NCBI GenBank assembly: GCA_028534125.1
Contig: CM052817.1
Coordinates: forward strand, 99,140,001-99,204,000
Length of the DNA: 64,000 nt
Direction: 5' to 3'
DNA from: Lama glama
Taxonomy: Eukaryota
Part shown: piece by piece, positions 1-11,830 of the stretch
How positions within the stretch are numbered: position 1 is the first letter of the stretch
Layout of the letters: each line of letters begins with the position of its first letter
Translations under genes and position numbers: made by a program
Notes under the pieces: generated by a model
Told to the model about the DNA's origin: nothing
Databases searched by the model: none
Seen by the model: the letters and a program-made list of their open reading frames with translations, nothing else

Positions 1-400
1 CTCTGCGGAGATCAGAGCAGGTTTTGCCCTCTATTCCCAATGTACAAATACATTGTGTTTGCAGATGGGCAGCAGATAGCTGCAGAACAGCCATGATTTC
101 CCAAAGCTCATCCCTATAAATGGATGAAATAAGCAGCTATGTGTTCTTTTGCTGTCTCCTTTGCCCTCCGTACATTAGCATGTAATCCTGAGAAGAAATA
201 ACATTTTTTCAATCATTCTCAGACATTCAATTACAGGGTAAGCAGACAGCTGCAGGAGCCAGGGCAGCCTAGGTCCTACAGAAGACCCCTGACAATTTCC
301 ACTTCATTTCTAACCCACACCACTTTATTAGTGTGGATTACTTCTTAATCCTATTGCCATTGTCAAGATTATATAATTAAACTCCCCTTTCACCTCTATT
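1..400. promoter_or_regulatory. Candidate conserved enhancer with OTX/PITX-type and SOX motifs
   Basis: TAATCC at 183-188 and 346-351, GGATTA at 335-340, CATTGT at 51-56 and 358-363. The block is repeat-free and nearest the expected MAB21L2 position. Confidence 0.4.
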
Positions 401-1397
401 ACTGTATGAATGTATTACTAGTAGCAAGAATAGAAGCAAAATAAAGGAGGAGGAAGGGGGTAAATGGATGTGAAGAAAAAGACTAGAGAACAGCAGTGCC
501 TCACTCACTCTCTACTCCCACCCCCAATCCCTTAGCAGTATGCTCCAATTAGTTTTATTTTACTTTACAGGAGATTTACAGTCATCATCAGAGAAGATAC
601 CATCATCTATTTTTCATCACTGTTCACTGCATGTTAGCACAGGATGCAGATAGGTCACTAAATAAAAGATCTCTCATGCTTTTTAAATTAAAGTTACCAA
701 ACTTGAAGATTATATAATTTTCACCTATAGAAACTGTAGAATCTTTCAGACTTTCCTCGTTGAGGGACAGAGTCCCAGGCATTAAAGAAAAAAAAAAGCC
801 ATTTAATGAATGACTAAAATTTCAGGCTAAACAAGAGAATTTTTCCCATAAGGGAAGTAAAACTGAAAATCTGCAGAGTGCAAATCAAAATTCCTACATC
901 AGGTAAAATATGTGAATCCTTGAAAAGCAATAGCATTCCTGGAATGGATTTTTTGAGAGAGTTAAATGTATATGCAGCATGTTCCCTAAGACCTGTATAT
1001 CAAAGCAAATAGCTCATCAGCCTCCAAGCTGTATTCACAAAACAATAGGCATGATTTTACTTATAGCTCTCATTTTGTAGAGGTTAGGTAACTCCCATTA
1101 GATGGGTAAAGCAATCTAATTTTCTTGTTGCTGCTTTTCAACTGTTTTCTTTTCCAGTGAAGATTATTCATAAAAGAAAAAGATGAGTAGGGTAAAGAGA
1201 ATGAACAGAATTGAAAAATAACGAGGAAACAGTATTGATCATTGGGGGAAAATGTCTGGAAGAACAAAAACAATCTTCATTGAATGTAACTGTGGCTGTA
1301 AAGTTGGTAATCCTAGCAGTCACCGCCCAAAACGTAAGTAATTAGATGCTTATTGGCCCAGAGCCAGCTGAAGTATGGGTACAACCGCTATATTTAC

Positions 1398-1544
1398 CAG
1401 TGAGATTCTCTAAATCTTTTTCATCCACGGATGACAGAGTATCGTCGTCACCTTCCAGGAGGATCTCGTTTTCTGAGTTCTGATTTCCTAAAGCCTGACT
1501 CTTGATGGACTGTTTTCCTTTAGCAAGGATATCTTCATCTGCAG
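1398..1544 (-). CDS. LRBA: LRBA internal coding exon (147 nt; probably equivalent to human exon 40), linker before the PH-BEACH domain
   Basis: Minus strand reads ttccttttcatttcag|CT GCA GAT...CTC ACT G|gtaaat and encodes (A)ADEDILAKGKQSIKSQALGNQNSENEILLEGDDDTLSSVDEKDLENLT(G). Phase 1 in and phase 1 out, in frame with exon 9406-9530. Confidence 0.97.
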
Positions 1545-2279
1545 CTGAAATGAAAAGGAAACAAAGCTGTCCATCAGCTCTGGGAAGAGCACTCTGGCAG
1601 AGGGGCAGGGAACTGAGGTAAGGAGAGGTGGCCAAAGATGGTCAATCGTTTTACACAGAGTCACCCACGGCGGGGAAAGTGATCGGATGGCCCACATGCT
1701 CCTTCTGACAAACGGGATTCCCCAAATCTAGTCTAATGTTACCCTGAGCAAGCACCCTAATCCCATTAAATCTGACCCTTGCACTGCTCACCGAACCGTT
1801 TATTTACTTACAGTTAGGGCAGAAGAGGGTTCAAAAGCAGCACATTTTTTGGAAATGTGTTAGTAGAAAAAAAAATCAGAACCTATTTGTGGAAACAATA
1901 CCTACTTAACACTGAAAAATAAGGAAGACTGATTCATTCCTGCGAATGATATTACCGTGACAAACATTCTGAAATGGCTGGAGAGGGGCTGTGGAGGAGA
2001 ATCCATAAGTAAGAAGGGTGAGAGCTAAGAGAGAGTCATAACCAGTGCAGACTTAGGCCAGGTTCCGAAGCCATATCTGACACTGATAAAGCCCTAGCAG
2101 CTCCTAGAAGCTGCATGCCCTTCCTCTTCACTCCATCCTGCCTCTCTCCTTTCCGTCGCCCTTGCCCACATTTCACCCCTCCCACACCCCAACTCCAGCC
2201 CCTATACAAATACCCAAGAGCAAGGCAGTGTGGAAACTAAGTGGAGGCTCAAACGCTCCCTCCTCCATGTGTTTAAACT

Positions 2280-2520
2280 AAAGGGCTAAGACGCCCCGGG
2301 GGCAAACATAACAGAAAGCCCGGGATGAGAGGTATCTGGGCAAAGAGCCTCGCGCTGCCGGAACTGGAGCAGCCCGCGGAGAGCGGCGGCACCAGACTCC
2401 CGGCACTGCGACAAGGCTGCCAGAGAGGCAAGGAAGCAACGAAGGAGGGGAGAAGCAGCTCTGCCGAGCACCTTCAGCCATCCGTGGAACCAGAGAGGGG
2501 AGAGGGGGGCTGCTGAAGGG
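2280..2520. promoter_or_regulatory. Small intronic CpG/GC-rich island
   Basis: Dense CpGs (gacgccccgggggc, cctcgcgctgccgg, cccgcggagagcggcggc) in an otherwise CpG-depleted window; no recognisable repeat. Confidence 0.6.
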
Positions 2521-3604
2521 AGTAAACACTGAAACTAAAAAATCTGACTTCACAGCCCCATATCCCTCCAAGAGGACTCCCGTGGCTTTGAGCAGCTTTC
2601 TCCTTAAGAAATACATAAAAGCAGATACTAATCTCTGGATGGTGATTTTTAAAAGCTCTCAGTGTCACAGAAGGGAAAGTTTAGAGTCCTCACCACACTC
2701 CTGACATCCTGGTTTCCAGATAGAGAAATCCCAGAGGTAAAGCACCTGATCCCCAGGCAGCAGCTACTGATATAGAAATCAGATGGCCAGGCCTTTTGCT
2801 CCACTGCAGTATCCACGTAGGCATGAGGCCCCAAACCCAGGAAGGATAAAGCACTCAGTTTGCAGTAACATGACTAATGTTTATCTATATAATTTATTCT
2901 AAATAGTTAAACTGCATGTATCTTACCTGGTTAACCTGACAAATCAAAGCTGCTTTGAGTTTAATAGGTATGAGTATGGATAATGTTAGAGGTAAAAGTT
3001 TACTTTTACCATATTTTTTCTGAGTTCACCATGTATATCATTTATATACAATACTTACGGCACTACTTAAAAGAACATAGGCGCTTTCTCTTAAATAAGG
3101 AAGTCATGAGAAGAAGCTTTCCATATTTAGCTTTGAATACCCTCTACGGATAAATAAAATCTTTTTTTCCTTCATACCCACATAGAGCATTGTACGCTGC
3201 TGTACACATATGAAAGGCTGAATAAACAATTGAAAAGGACATAAAGTATCTAATTAAAATAGCTTTTTTAAAGCTACAAAGAAATACACCAAAATCCACT
3301 ATTTTTTTAGGAAAACAGCAGTATAAGTTTTTATATCATTTATATTTCAAGTATTCATATTTCCTTACCTTTAAATCATAAACATTGCTCTTAGCCCAAA
3401 CAAGATCTTTTCCAATTTACTATCAGTTTTACTAAAAACAAACTGGTCACTGAGAAACATTACAAATCACCATCTTCTATATTTTCTTATAAATAAAGTA
3501 AATTATAATAAATTAACAGTTGCCAGTGAGATTTTACTACAAAAACTCAGTATGTTACATTCTAATTTCCTGGATTTATGATTCCTTCTTCAAAGCAGAA
3601 ATAA

Positions 3605-3835
3605 TAACAATGCTAACAGTAAATGACACTTATCATGTGCCAAGGAGTGTTCAGAGCACTTTACATATTTAACTCATTTGATTCTCATATACTTTCTATT
3701 AAATCCTCCTTTTCACATGAGTAACAGGCTCAGAGAGGTTACATAAATTGCTCAAGGAAACACAGTAAGAAGTAGAGTCAAGATTCAAATCCAGGCAATA
3801 TGGCACCAGAATCTGGGCTTCTAACCACTTTGCCA
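3605..3835 (-). mobile_element. MIR SINE
   Basis: Core aggctcagagaggttacataaattgctcaagg...gattcaaatccaggca, with MIR tail tgtgccaagg...ctttacatatttaactcattt. Confidence 0.85.
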
Positions 3836-5997
3836 GAGAAAGTGTTAATAACCAATATACAAATATGAATGTATATGTAATTTCCTGATTAGTTTACTGA
3901 TCCTTATGTTTCTCATAATGCATTTAAAAGGTTAAAGTCAGAATCATAATAAGTAAGTACAGAATAAAAACATACTCATTTCCAAGCCTAAATTTGATGA
4001 GCATATGCCAAACACATCAGAAACAACTAAATTCAACACCTTGCTCATTACTTTCTCTGATTATTACCATTCATGTCCTGAAGTACACCAAGCTTATTTG
4101 AAAGAAAAAAAAAAAAGGAAAAACCATTTAATCTGTAAATATTTACCAAAAAATGAGTAAAAGTAGCCAGTGACAGTATGCAATGGTTTAACGTAGCTCA
4201 TTAAATAAATTCACATTCAAACAAATGGCTAAATATAATACTGAATACTGAATAACACTAAATATAATACTGAAATTTAAAAATTTTAAATATGTTCTCA
4301 TCATGCTGATAACATATTAAAACACAGTAACTTTTGAATTAAGTAAAATTCTATGAAAAAAAATTTTAAGTACTATAGGTCTACTGTATGCATACAAACA
4401 CTCCTTTATTTACCTATTTTTACAAGCTCAGATTCTGGAATTGTTCAACCTCAACTGAAAAACCTCTTGTCATGGAAAATATGCAGCTTACTGATATTTA
4501 GAATGGTTTTCCTGTAATTAACTCCCCCTTGAGGATTTTAAGTTAGCAGCAGTAAAATTACCAACAGTACTCTAATACACACCACATGCGCTGGTGTTCA
4601 ATTCTCAATGGTCTAATAGCTTTCTGCTAAAGAACTTTTTTTTTTCAAAATTAGAACAACACTGTCCCAAGCATAAAATAAAAGATAATTATCATGTTTA
4701 TATGTGCTGGGAAAAGTATATTTTTAAACTTTCGTTTGCCTTATACTCAATCAACCATTAAAACAAGAATCAATTATTTTGATACCTTCTGTGAGTATAT
4801 TCAACATTTGTATAACAGCTTAATTAGATGAAGTTAAAATATACTTTTCGTGCAATTTTAAGGCTTGATTCAGATATTTTCTGGTTAATAAAATCATTAC
4901 CAAACATGACAACAGTTTAAATTTTTCATGTGACTGATAACAAAGTGCCTTCATCTAATCTCACATTTTGTTCTGATTTAATATCGATTTAACAAAATAA
5001 CTAAACTGCAATTGTTACATAAAATTAGAGAAATCTGTCAAAAATGTTTTCTTTGAAATATAACTTTGATTCATTGAAGCTAAGAGCAATGAGAGGGCTC
5101 AGAGAAAAGCTGGTCCTCAAAATGTAAAGTTCAAGTTCTTGAGAGGTAGCTCTGCGCATGAGTTAACTATGCAACAGAGACTAGGTAAGTAAAATTAAAA
5201 CAGAAAAAGAATACAGAAAATTGTTCTATCTATGATATATAAATCTCTTCTTAAAAGTCCACTGTACCAATGAACTAGAATCATTAATAGTCCACGTTAG
5301 AGTAAAAGAAGTTTACACATAAGAGTTAGCCACTTTGTTAACATAAAAAAATAAAGATAGCTACTGGGATAACAAAGTGACATTAACTGTACCTACAACA
5401 TATACGAGTATCCACTGAAGTGTGACATGCAGGACACACCGTAACTGTTTATTCTGAACAGGACACATAATGAATACCTATACACAGCTATTATCCTAAA
5501 TTCATTCCTCTTTATGAAATTTCCAAAGGGTTTCAAGTTAAGAAAATTTACTCTAGAAAAACTGGTGAAACTACAAAGGATAATCAGGAGAACAAGTTCA
5601 CCTCCAAATGATCATGGGTTTCTCAAAAGTTTTAGGTAGAAACATACTGTTTGTGGATACTAAAAAGGAAGCAATAGTACCTGGCATTACTGAAGATACA
5701 AGAGAACAGCATAATTTAGGATCTTTACAATGGTCTCTCATTCCTAGAAAATCAGATGAGTTACTTGTATCATTCCATGTGGTTACAACGTACTTTTTAA
5801 ACTATGTTAAATTCTCCTCATACATTTCTATTAACGTGCACATTCTCTACAAAGTAAAAATGTCTTAAATTCAATAGGATTCTACTGCTAAACTGCTTTA
5901 GTATTTGAATTAAAACCAATCTTTCCACCATTTAAAACATTTTTTATGGGGCTTTAATGTGAATATAAAATTCCCATTATATTTAATAATGAATTTT

Positions 5998-6172
5998 AGA
6001 AGACAGCATAGCACAATGGTAAGAAAATCTGACTAGTCAGTTAACCTGCTGGGCTTTCGTTCTGTATCTACCAAGAATTATGTTGGTCTTTTGTTTCCTC
6101 AGTTTCCTTATCTGTAAAGAATAAAGCTATACTAGACTTTAGCCCTAGGTTCTTTTTGGATCTAAAATGCTC
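5998..6172 (+). mobile_element. MIR-family SINE fragment
   Basis: agacagcatagcacaatggtaaga...cctcagtttccttatctgtaaa. Confidence 0.7.
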
Positions 6173-7467
6173 CGATAATAAATAACTGACCAACTGTTCT
6201 CTGTGCACTAGGAGGGTATGAATCATTACAACTGATTTCTAATAGATTTTAAAACTGTAAAATGGAAGAAAATGCCCTCAAGAATTAAATATTCACCTCT
6301 GCTTGCTGCTGCCACTTTCTATAAAGAATGTTTAATCATAAGAGGAAGTCTTAATGTTAATTTTAAAATATGACTCAGTTTCTGCAAACTTAAAGAAATC
6401 TCCTATTACAAAGTGACTTTTATAAATAACCACTTTGGAGGGTCTCTCTTTGAAAAATTACCTAAACCCCTTTTCCCCAAGCAAGTTAATGTGAACTTGG
6501 GAAGGGCAATTAAATTGTCAGAATTAAAAAATTTGTTTTTAACTAGAAGGTAGCCAGAAGTAGAGTCATGGGGCTGGTATTGATCGCCGGAACAGAGAAC
6601 ATCACTCTTCAGGTATTTACTCTGCCACCCTTACACCAGAGGCTTTCCTTCAAATCAAATCAATCTATAAAAAAGATGGCTCTTACTACTAAAATACATA
6701 ACTAATCCTCAAAAGCATTTCTATTTAGATGTGTTCCTTTGATAATGGTAATATAGTTCATGATGTTTTGAGATTCTGCATTTTCAAAATGTCCTGTCTC
6801 CTTAGTTAAATCAACTATAAATTAAAGTGGGAAGTCATAAAATAGTATAAACTGACATACTATCCTCAGTTTACTATATCTACTTTAATTATTCAAATTC
6901 AGCATTGAAGCAAAGTATTCATCCACGATAAATTCTATGATTTCAACTGCTTTTTGATATTAACTGTTTCATTTTGCATACTCGACTCTTAATATATTTT
7001 TATTAGCTCCCTTAATGTCACTAAGTTAGAATAAAAAAAAGCATTTCATAATTAACACAAAGTTAAAATTGAATGTCAAACTACAATATATTCTAATTCA
7101 TAAAACATTAAAAAATTAAGCTCTTTGCTTAACTAAAGTATTAGCATAAATTAACGCTGACACTAAACAATACCATACTATAATTTATGTGCTGAGTTCC
7201 AAAACTGACTAATAGTTCCTTGTTATTTAAAATAAAAAATATAGATATAAAGCATAATTAGAGCTTTTCTATTTTTTCAAAAAATGTTATATTAAAGATA
7301 ACACATCTCCTTAACTGAAAGCATCTATTACACATTTGGTTACTTTTAAAAAATATATATTTTAGATTTAAATTTATATTATTAATGTTTCAGTGCTTTA
7401 AATATTAATCATTATAAAACTAATATAAAATATTACCAAATAGAAGGGAATTACATAAAATGCTTAA

Positions 7468-7499
7468 CTTTTCTTCTCTCCCTCAACTGAGAATGTACA
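7468..7499 (-). other. Non-spliceable counterpart of the human 33-nt alternative LRBA exon (VCIFKLRENSK)
   Basis: Minus strand reads ctatgctctat|TGTACATTCTCAGTTGAGGGAGAGAAGAAAAG|ttaagca. With a 1-nt gap it reads (V)YIL-LRERRK. The flanks are AT and TT instead of AG and GT. The comparison rests on my recall of the human protein. Confidence 0.6.
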
Positions 7500-9405
7500 A
7501 TAGAGCATAGACAATATTAATATTACATTAAATTTTCAATTACTATTTTGAGTAGAGTGAAATCTGCTTCTAGACAGGATTTAAAGTCTTAAATGACAGT
7601 AAGTATTGCTATATCGTCTTCAAAAATCAGACTCTCCGTATTAAAAAGTTAAATGATAATGTTATTTTAAAAGATAAAATTCAACAATAATAAAATTAAA
7701 ATTCATTATGAAACATCCTATAATTCCCCAAAGTGGCTAAATGTAATATTTTTAATAAAAATGATTTTCATTAAATCTATACCACAAATTTTAAATTCAG
7801 TTACTGCTATTTCTTTCAGGATAAAGGGTTAACAGTTTACGTGCAATTTTAGAAAATAGGTCCCCCTCTCCAGATATAAAAGGAAAATCTTTCATAAAAA
7901 TGTTTTTATTGTCATTCATAGATGTCAGAACTCACAACTCAATGTTAAATGACAGGTAAGAAGACAGAAAGATACTTATTAAATTTTAAGTGCACATACA
8001 TGGTAGCATCTGTTTGACTTTTCTGAAAGAATAAAATTGCAAAAAGGCTGATTATTTTCAATGTAAGGGTCACTAACCAAAAGCACAAAAACAACAGGAA
8101 GGAAAAGGAAAAAATATATGTACATATAACTCTGGAATCTTCAGTACCACGTGAAAAGTACATGAACCTTAAAAGCAAAAGTGGCCTAATTAATTCTACA
8201 TCTTATTCCTCCTTCTCCACCTCCTGTAGCTGAAAATGTAGGGCCCTGCAAGTATTACTGCTTTTAGATTACTTTGTTATTGACTATTCTCTGTATGATC
8301 ATTTATTTTAAAGGACTGATGTCACATTTGGTGTTATATCTGATGACATATTGTGGACATTTTCTTCCAGAAATGGCTCTTTAGGGCCGAGTGCAAGAGG
8401 TTAAGCTGCCTGACTGAGGCCAAACCTAAGATCACAGACTTTTCATCTAAATTCTTGATATCCTTATTGAATGTAATTTAACATTTACTTTGTATACTGC
8501 ATCCTATCCTTTAACCATAAGCTACTGTAGGTTAAACTAATACCCTGAAAAGGGTAAATTAAAACCATTTCTACCTTACAAAAAATAACCAATTTATATT
8601 TTACAAAACCCCCAAAAAATTTACGTGGGGAGGGTACATTTTCCCCCTTAATCAATGTATCTTAATTGGCTTTCAAAAACTACAAAATATAAAGTGAAAC
8701 CCTATGATCAAAGGGAGTATTATTATCAAGTCCAAAGGACTTCTTCAGTTTTTCCAATTTGCTCATCAGGCTTCTACCTAAACTGAATCATGGTGATATG
8801 CATTATATCAAAGAAGGAAAAATGTTTTGTTAAGCTCTCATAACAAGATGATGCAGAACAGAACATATGAAAATAATGTCTCTTCTCTTTTTTCCAGGAG
8901 CCATCTATCAAAACCATCTACAAATCAAGGCTCAGAAAGTATCTGGGCACTTGGACATTTATTACCATCTCTCCCACTTTATAATCTCATACTAAAATAC
9001 CATGGTTGAGGGAAACCCATATACACACAACAGAACCTACAAACATATTTGGATTGTAAATGCTGTCTTTCTGATATTCATGGATTTAAGACAGACATCC
9101 TGTATTAATTTACTCAAAGCTGAATGTGTCGTTTAAAAGGAGAAATATTTTATTCTCCTACTCTGAAACAAAGGGTCTATGTTAAGTGTTTTGCATGTGT
9201 AACATAATAAATAAACACACCTGACACCATAATTCAATAACAGCCTATACTAACTACAAAAAAATTTAACTTCTCTTTCTGGGGTGAGTAACTGTGAAAT
9301 GTGGTATTGGACCATTTTTACAGTACCTTGTAATAATGAAGTTATGCTCTTCATTACCAAGTACTGTACCTGCTGCTATGAGCAAGGAGTGGCTTATACA
9401 CTGAC

Positions 9406-9530
9406 CATGTTCCACGGCTGTTTTTAGTGTCGCTTCAGGATGTGTCGATCCAAGAGGGTTACGCACAAATCGTCGCCGGCGCCGCAAGTCATCTTCCCAG
9501 TAGTCGAGGCGCCAGAACTCACGAGGACGA
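9406..9530 (-). CDS. LRBA: LRBA internal coding exon (125 nt; probably equivalent to human exon 38)
   Basis: Minus strand reads ctctgtttcattgtag|T CGT CCT...GAA CAT G|gtcagt and encodes (S)[54 protein letters not shown] distinguishes LRBA from its paralog NBEA. Phase 2 in, phase 1 out. Confidence 0.97.
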
Positions 9531-11279
9531 CTACAATGAAACAGAGAAGCCACATATGTTAGCAATTATCAAACAGCGTGGTAGCACTGAATTTCTGCAT
9601 AAAGCTCTCCTTGTTTGCTCTGCCTTTTTTTTCCTCCCTTTCCTCTTAATTCTCCCTCCACCTCACACTCCCCTTTCTGCAATCTTTAACTTAGGTATGT
9701 CCTTGAAAATAACAATATCACCTTCCAGCCTAAGGAACTCCTTTTCCTTTTTCTTGGAAGGTGAAATGAGCACTAAATACATCATTTTGAAATGAATTGC
9801 TGACAGTGTGATCAGTTTCCCCACACTCTAGTGGCATGTGCTCTGATTTCAGCCTCATTTCAGCCTCAGCAGGGCACCTTTCTCTGTGGCTGCATTTATA
9901 AACCAGAATAGGGAAAAGGCTATTATAAATATGGTATAGCATTACCTATATTAATCAAAGTCTGTCCCCCTTCATTTTTCTTCCTAATTTGTGCCTTTTT
10001 GCACAAGGTCAGTAAATCATACCATGAATTCTTGGTCCAGAAAGTGTTAACTTTAATGAATATCTCAGTTACATGGTTATGTATGTGATAATAAAATATT
10101 ACTCTGTTTAGATGTGCAGGAATTTAATTAAAATAATCTCTTAAAATATTCATTACATTTAGCCCCTGAGGCTTAGAACAACACAAGAAAATGCATTTCT
10201 TTTCCATTTACTGTTTTTAAATAAACCATTCCTATAGAGTGAAATAGCAATCTATTTTCAAGCAAATCAGATTGGATTTCTGTTTTATGTAGTCTGTTTT
10301 TATATTTAATTAAAAACTACATGCTATATGATGTGCAATAATTGCTATATCAAAAGCATACTTTTGGAAATGTATTTTTTAAGGGTTCACTCAATTGAAG
10401 TTCTACTATATTTTCCCCAATTCTGTAGATCTTTTACATGGCAATATATAAATGTCAGCTTCCTCTCCTATTAACTAATCATGATCTAGCATGCTGGAAA
10501 ATATTTTATAAGGAAAATACTAATCTGAAGTTTTTCCAGTTCAAGTGGAAAAAAAAATCTATGCAGGATACATTTATTCACTAAAGACACACAGCATGAA
10601 AATCTGTAAGTTTCAATAAAGAAATTTAAAAATTCATAATCAAAACTTCTGCAAAAAATGACTAATGCAAAATAAAATCTCACTTGTATTTCATGAGCTA
10701 ATAAAATTGTACCTGTCAGCTTTGACAAATTAGTAGTCTTGACCAACTGACAGCCCCAAAATATCCACATAAAAGTTATCCATATTTTGATGCTTTAAAG
10801 ATGCTACGTTTAAAGATTCAAAATAGATTCGTAAATAAGTACTCCACTGATTAAAAATTATCTCAGATTAATAAAAGCATAGATAACAAACAGTGAATTA
10901 CCTAAAGAAAATATTTTTTTAAAAACAGAGATCCTACACTCTTTTCTGAGAATGCCAGGGAGACAAGAGAACATCAAAGATTTCTTTTGTTGATTTTGAT
11001 CATGCATAATGAGGAGAAAATACAAAGTAATCTAAATGGAATACAAAAAAGTGTAAGAACTGCAGCCCTCAAAGAGAAAAAAAATAGAAAGCTCTTTTAT
11101 TCTTTGTTGTTTCCATTTTAAATGAAAACTAATATTATGATGTCATTTAAAAATACGTAAGAAATACCTACAGAATATACACATAAACAAAAGAAAATAG
11201 TTTTTTAACTCAATAAAATAAAATTCTCCTTAGGTGAGAGAGGGAAAGCAGCACACAGCTGGCTATGTGTATGGCTTTG

Positions 11280-11830
11280 ATAGTCATGGAGCTTGGAAAG
11301 GCACTTCATCATTCTGCCTACCTACATTTATCTGTTAAAATTATTATCAAATATCAGCCAGGATGCAGTCGTGAATCACAGGCTGCTCGTCGTCTTCAGG
11401 GGAATGATACAATGAGGGTCTATTCATCAGTGCGGCAATCGGCACAAGTAATTAGTTCCCTAGCCCGAGAGCTCCTACAAAGCCTATTTCAGTCAGCACC
11501 ACAAACATATGACGGTGTACAGCTAATGAAAGCTGCTAAAATTTGTTAACCTTTTCTGCCATCAATCCTTCTAATACTCTATGCTTTGGTATTATGCAAA
11601 GGTGGTAAATTATTAATTTGTCAGGCATCCATCCTTCTGAATTTTGAGTCAAATTAAACGATGTCATTCTTCTTGATAACAATTAAAATTATAAGAGATG
11701 TTAAGCTGCTATTATAAAATTACTACAAAATTAGATAACAATAGATGCTAGTATATTGTACAGCAGTGACGTTGAATCTGATGGCTATTAAAGCGTGTGT
11801 GCAATAATTTGTGTCACACAGTAGGAAAAG
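11280..11830. promoter_or_regulatory. Candidate conserved non-coding element or enhancer
   Basis: Unique complex sequence with 7 CpGs in ~11365-11520 and many TAAT/ATTA and AACAAT motifs. Confidence 0.45.

Larger units (their letters stand above)
1545..9405 (-). other. LRBA: LRBA intron, 7.9 kb, GT-AG
   Basis: Donor gtcagt at 9405 and acceptor cag at 1545; the join is in frame (TAVEH-AADED). Confidence 0.93.

Noticed and set aside
1..1397. MAB21L2 coding sequence
   Set aside because: No long intronless ORF is present; the gene is expected to the left of the window.
2415..2432. CTCF-like motif ctgccagagaggcaag
   Set aside because: The spacing does not fit the core consensus, so it cannot be supported without a PWM scan or ChIP data.
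2278..2668. Overlapping ORFs on both strands
   Set aside because: High GC content suppresses stop codons here, and I recognise no protein.
4849..7851. Repeated 12-mer cgtgcaatttta at ~4849 and ~7840
   Set aside because: It is short, does not extend into the flanks, and is compatible with chance.
9406..9530. Assignment to the paralog NBEA
   Set aside because: The residues [18 protein letters not shown] and the neighbouring exons match LRBA as I recall it, not NBEA.
9427..9795. 122-aa plus-strand ORF
   Set aside because: It is the antisense shadow of the LRBA exon running into a low-complexity pyrimidine tract.
10895..10915. Recursive splice site motif (ttttctttag|gtaatt, minus strand)
   Set aside because: The pyrimidine tract is short, it is only 1.4 kb from the true acceptor, and such motifs are expected by chance in AT-rich DNA.
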